From Bacteroidales bacterium (GTDB taxonomy: Bacteria > Bacteroidota > Bacteroidia > Bacteroidales > WRLA01): 64,000 nucleotides of DNA. The notes below the pieces were generated by a model. That model saw nothing but the letters and a program-made list of their open reading frames with translations. It was not told where the DNA came from and did not search any database. How positions within the stretch are numbered: position 1 is the first letter of the stretch; the number at the start of each line of letters is the position of its first letter. The translations under genes were made by a program, and so were the position numbers. Where the stretch lies: assembly GCA_009777825.1 (NCBI GenBank), contig WRLA01000003.1, positions 4,898 to 68,897 of the forward strand, written 5' to 3'. This document shows positions 60,627 to 64,000 of the stretch, one piece after another.

Positions 60627-62525
60627 TCACATCTCTCGTTTATACCAAAAGAACCGTCTCTGTTGTTCCGCCCGTTCCTCTTTTGTTTTAGCGCAATAGA
60701 CCGGTTTTTCCGAATAGGGGTCGTAGCCGGAGTAGTATATCGTTGAGGCTAAGGTCATGGGGGTGGGCGTAAAGCCCTGTACCTGTTCCAAGCGGTAGCC
60801 CAACTTCTTCGTCTTTTGCATCAGCAGATCCATATCTTGCAGGCGACAGGCGGGGAGGGAGGCGATGAAGTAGGGAATCAGTTGAAAGCGTTTCCCGTGT
60901 TTTCTGTTCAAGGCATCGAACTGCTGTTTCAGCGCCTCAAAGAGCGCAAATGGCGGCTTTCGGACTAACCTCAGCACTTCGCCGGAGACATGTTCGGGCG
61001 CTACTTTGAGTCGTCCGCCGGTGTGATGCAGGAACAGTTCCTCGAAATAGTCGTTGTGGCGGTATTCTTTCGCTTTCTCTTTCGGCATATTCATAAAGAG
61101 GTCGTAACGGATGCCGCTGCCGATAAAGACGTGCGGTACCATCTCGCGGACGGTGCGATAGAGGTCGATCAGGGCGCTGTGGTTGCAGTCCAAGTTAGGA
61201 CAAACCTTCGGATATAAACAACTCGGCTTGTTACATTTAGCGCAGACGGACAAGTTTTTCCCCTTCATCCCATACATATTCGCCGACGGACCGCCCAAGT
61301 CGGTAATCGTCCCTTTGAAGTCGGGCATCGCCCGCACCTGTTCCACCTCTTGTAAGATAGACGCTTTCGAGCGGCTTACAATCGCTTTCCCCTGATGCAT
61401 GGAGATGGTGCAGAAACTGCATCCGCCGAAGCACCCGCGATGGATATTTATCGAATGGCGAATCATGTTATACGCCGGAATGTCGCCGCGACTGCGATAT
61501 TTCGGATGCGGCATCCGTGTAAACGGCAACGCATGGACGGCATCCAACTCCGCCGTCGTCATCGCGCCGTACGGCGGATTGACCACCACTGCTCCATCCC
61601 CAACCCTCTGCACAATAACACGAGAATGAACCACATTCGACAACTCCTCCACCACCCGAAAAGCCCGCGCAAAGTAATTCCTCCCCTTTGGAGGCTTGTG
61701 CGAAAACGCTGTGTTTTCGTCATTGCGAGCGTAGCGAAACAATCCAGAGCATTGTTTTTCACTGGATTGCTTCGGGCTATCGCCCTCGCAATGACGTCGC
61801 TGCTCACTTTTCACACAATATTGAGGAGGTAGGGGCAGGCAGCACAACTCGTGCGATGGCAACACAACAGCGTCATCATACTCCACATCTTTGGATAGGA
61901 ATGCCGTTTGCGGGATTGTCCGTTTTATCTCATCGAAAGTTCCGCCATTTTTCAACTTTGCCACTAACTCGCGTACCCCCTTTTCGCCCATGCCATATAT
62001 CAGCAAATCCGCCTGGCTGTCAACCAAGATGGAAGGCATCACCGTATCGCTCCAGTAGTCGTAGTGCGAAAAGCGTCGCATGGAGGCTTCGATGCCGCCG
62101 ATGACCACCGGAACGTCGGGGAAGAGCCGTTTCAGTATCTTGGAATAGACCGTTGTGGCGTAGTCAGGACGGAAGCCGGCTTTGTTGCCGGGCGTGTAGG
62201 CGTCGTCGGAGCGCAGGCGTTTGTTGGCGGTGTAGTGGTCTACCATGGAATCCATGCAGCCCGCTGTTACGCCGAAGAAGAGGCGTGGTCGTCCTAATTT
62301 GGAGAAGTCGCGCAGGTCATCTTGCCAGTTCGGCTGCGGGACGATGGCAACCCTCAGCCCCTCCGCCTCAAGGACGCGCCCGATGACGGCATGTCCGAAA
62401 GAGGGATGGTCAACGTAAGCATCCCCCGAAAAGAGGATGACATCTAAGTCATCCCAGCCGCGGGATTCGACTTCTTTCTTTGTTGTTGGAAGCCAGTGGT
62501 TGATGTTTAAATGTTGTGTTGACAA
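60627..62525 (-). CDS. YgiQ-family radical SAM protein with ~50-aa repeat-derived insertion
   Basis: SGDAYVDHPSFG, RGCFGGCSFC, DLGGPSANMY, LKVAPEH, FTPTPMT. Confidence 0.93.
   Translation of the reverse strand: MSTQHLNINHWLPTTKKEVESRGWDDLDVILFSGDAYVDHPSFGHAVIGRVLEAEGLRVAIVPQPNWQDDLRDFSKLGRPRLFFGVTAGCMDSMVDHYTANKRLRSDDAYTPGNKAGFRPDYATTVYSKILKRLFPDVPVVIGGIEASMRRFSHYDYWSDTVMPSILVDSQADLLIYGMGEKGVRELVAKLKNGGTFDEIKRTIPQTAFLSKDVEYDDAVVLPSHELCCLPLPPQYCVKSEQRRHCEGDSPKQSSEKQCSGLFRYARNDENTAFSHKPPKGRNYFARAFRVVEELSNVVHSRVIVQRVGDGAVVVNPPYGAMTTAELDAVHALPFTRMPHPKYRSRGDIPAYNMIRHSINIHRGCFGGCSFCTISMHQGKAIVSRSKASILQEVEQVRAMPDFKGTITDLGGPSANMYGMKGKNLSVCAKCNKPSCLYPKVCPNLDCNHSALIDLYRTVREMVPHVFIGSGIRYDLFMNMPKEKAKEYRHNDYFEELFLHHTGGRLKVAPEHVSGEVLRLVRKPPFALFEALKQQFDALNRKHGKRFQLIPYFIASLPACRLQDMDLLMQKTKKLGYRLEQVQGFTPTPMTLASTIYYSGYDPYSEKPVYCAKTKEERAEQQRRFFWYKREM
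61681..61835. mobile_element. Triple-nested palindromic insertion in frame in the YgiQ gene
   Basis: Outer CTCCCCTTTGGAGG..GAGGTAGGGG; middle TTGTGCGAAAA/TTTTCACACAA; inner CGTCATTGCGAG/CTCGCAATGACG doublet at 61718-61796. Confidence 0.8.
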
Positions 62526-62781
62526 TTATGAATGATGATTAATTGAATAATTGAATGATTGATTTTTTCAGCACAGAGGCTCAGAGAACACAGGGTTTCA
62601 CAGAGTTTTTTCTCTTTGCGTCCTTTTGCGAAAACCTTTGCGTTCCTTGCGGTTAAAAATAATAAGGTAATAAGGTCGGCATTTATTCGTAATTTTTCTA
62701 CTAAGGTTGTTCAGTTTTTCAAATAAGGTAAAAATAAGGTTTTCTTACAATCTTACAGTCTCACATCGCACATCGCACATC
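62525..62781. repeat. Intergenic repeat mosaic
   Basis: AATTGAAT-like run, CACAGAG half element, CGCAAAG element, AATAAGGT copies, CACATC heptamers. Confidence 0.75.
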
Positions 62782-64000
62782 AATACTCCGTCATCAGTAT
62801 CCTAACTTTCGCCTTCATATCCTTCTCGTCGTCGGGATTATTTCCATACAGTACCACCCTGTTTGCGACGAAAGAGGCGCCGGAGATGGAGATATAGAGG
62901 TTATCGTTGTCCATGCTGGGGTCTAAGATGCGTTTTTGGAGGTATCGGGTGATGCGCATCTCATATCTGTTTTTGCCAGAGTTGAAAGCGCCGCCCATGT
63001 AGGTTGCGCCCAACTCGCTGTCCGGCGTCATGATGATTTTTCCGGTAGCGTCCACGGTGTAGGTGGTCAGTTGCGGTGATGGCGGAAGATTTTTATCGTA
63101 GGGTTCGGCGTTGTTGAGGAACAATTTCGCTTCGTTGATGACAAACTTGTTGCCATTTTGCCATTTCTCCCGCAATGTCTCGATGCCCTCGAAATTGACT
63201 TTGATACGGACGCCGTTCAGCGGTTGCAGATAGAGCCGTTGGTCGCCCAAAGTCGAAGTAGGGAAGGAGTTGTTTAGTTGATTTTGGAGGTCGGCGTCGG
63301 CTGTCGAGTGGTCTATCTCGTAGTTATTGAAACGGATACATCCGTCATTAATGACAAAGGAATAATTTGCGCTGGAGTCGGAGTTGGTGTAGTACAGCAC
63401 CAATTTTGTCTCCGGCGACGCCGTGCCGAAGTAGAGCATTTTTCCAAATGAGCCTGCCACAGGGTCAACGTCCACGCGCAAGCCATAGTATTTGCTTAAA
63501 AAGTCGCTATTGGAGACAAATAATGATGAATCGGACAAAAGTTCTTTTCCGAACTCATCATCCAAACGAATCGAAAGGAACGGTGCGTGCATGGCGGCGG
63601 TATATTTCAGCCAAAAGCGTTTCATCTCGACCGAATCAAACGGCTGGTCTAGGAATGTCTTGGAACCTAATGGTACACGGTCATATTCAACAATGTCGGT
63701 GGCGAAATAGTTATCTCGTGTTACGCCGAGCGTCGTGTCCGAATTGAGGCTTAGGCTATCGGTGAGGCGATAGACATGTGCCGTCATCCATGTGGAGGAG
63801 TCGCCCCACCGTCCGGAATAAGCCAACTGCAAGCATATAGAGTCGAACGTTACATTTTTTCCGAAGTAAGGATTTGTTTTCGACAGCCGGAACTGCGTGT
63901 TGAAAGCGGCTTGCGTTGAGCCGAACACCGGGTCGTTCATGCTGCCCAAGACCAGCGTGCTCATGCTGGAGGTGGAGACCGAATCGTGTTCTACGGTGTA
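62780..64000 (-). CDS. DUF4270-like protein (partial, starts beyond window)
   Basis: LGSMNDPVFG.T.A.F.TQF, DSICLQL, LYLQ..G..IK, INEAKL. Confidence 0.75.
   Translation of the reverse strand, partial: YTVEHDSVSTSSMSTLVLGSMNDPVFGSTQAAFNTQFRLSKTNPYFGKNVTFDSICLQLAYSGRWGDSSTWMTAHVYRLTDSLSLNSDTTLGVTRDNYFATDIVEYDRVPLGSKTFLDQPFDSVEMKRFWLKYTAAMHAPFLSIRLDDEFGKELLSDSSLFVSNSDFLSKYYGLRVDVDPVAGSFGKMLYFGTASPETKLVLYYTNSDSSANYSFVINDGCIRFNNYEIDHSTADADLQNQLNNSFPTSTLGDQRLYLQPLNGVRIKVNFEGIETLREKWQNGNKFVINEAKLFLNNAEPYDKNLPPSPQLTTYTVDATGKIIMTPDSELGATYMGGAFNSGKNRYEMRITRYLQKRILDPSMDNDNLYISISGASFVANRVVLYGNNPDDEKDMKAKVRILMTEY

Overview
64-kb Bacteroidales-type chromosomal segment (TAnnTTTG promoters, T9SS cargo proteins, porX). 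Core genes: uvrA, valS, ispG, rodA/mrdA, rpe, pyrE, pheS, two cyclophilins, tdk, porX, ygiQ and a lysine-fermentation set (kdd, kce, kal, CoA-transferase). They are repeatedly interrupted by small AT-rich accessory blocks: TA-like pairs, Fic, AAA-ATPase/PD-(D/E)XK paralogues, WG-repeat proteins, IS1634 and ISKra4 elements, and a decayed gene II/X replicon. The most striking feature is a dense set of at least six short palindromic or tandem repeat families that nest inside each other, sit at accessory-block junctions and insert in frame into proteins (UvrA, YgiQ, an EEP nuclease). The clearest case is a 580-bp element with 29-bp perfect inverted ends that encodes an apparently intact DUF559 endonuclease, fused in frame inside valyl-tRNA synthetase without intein motifs. 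No rRNA, tRNA or CRISPR array was seen. All family assignments come from recognising motifs by eye; no database searches were run.
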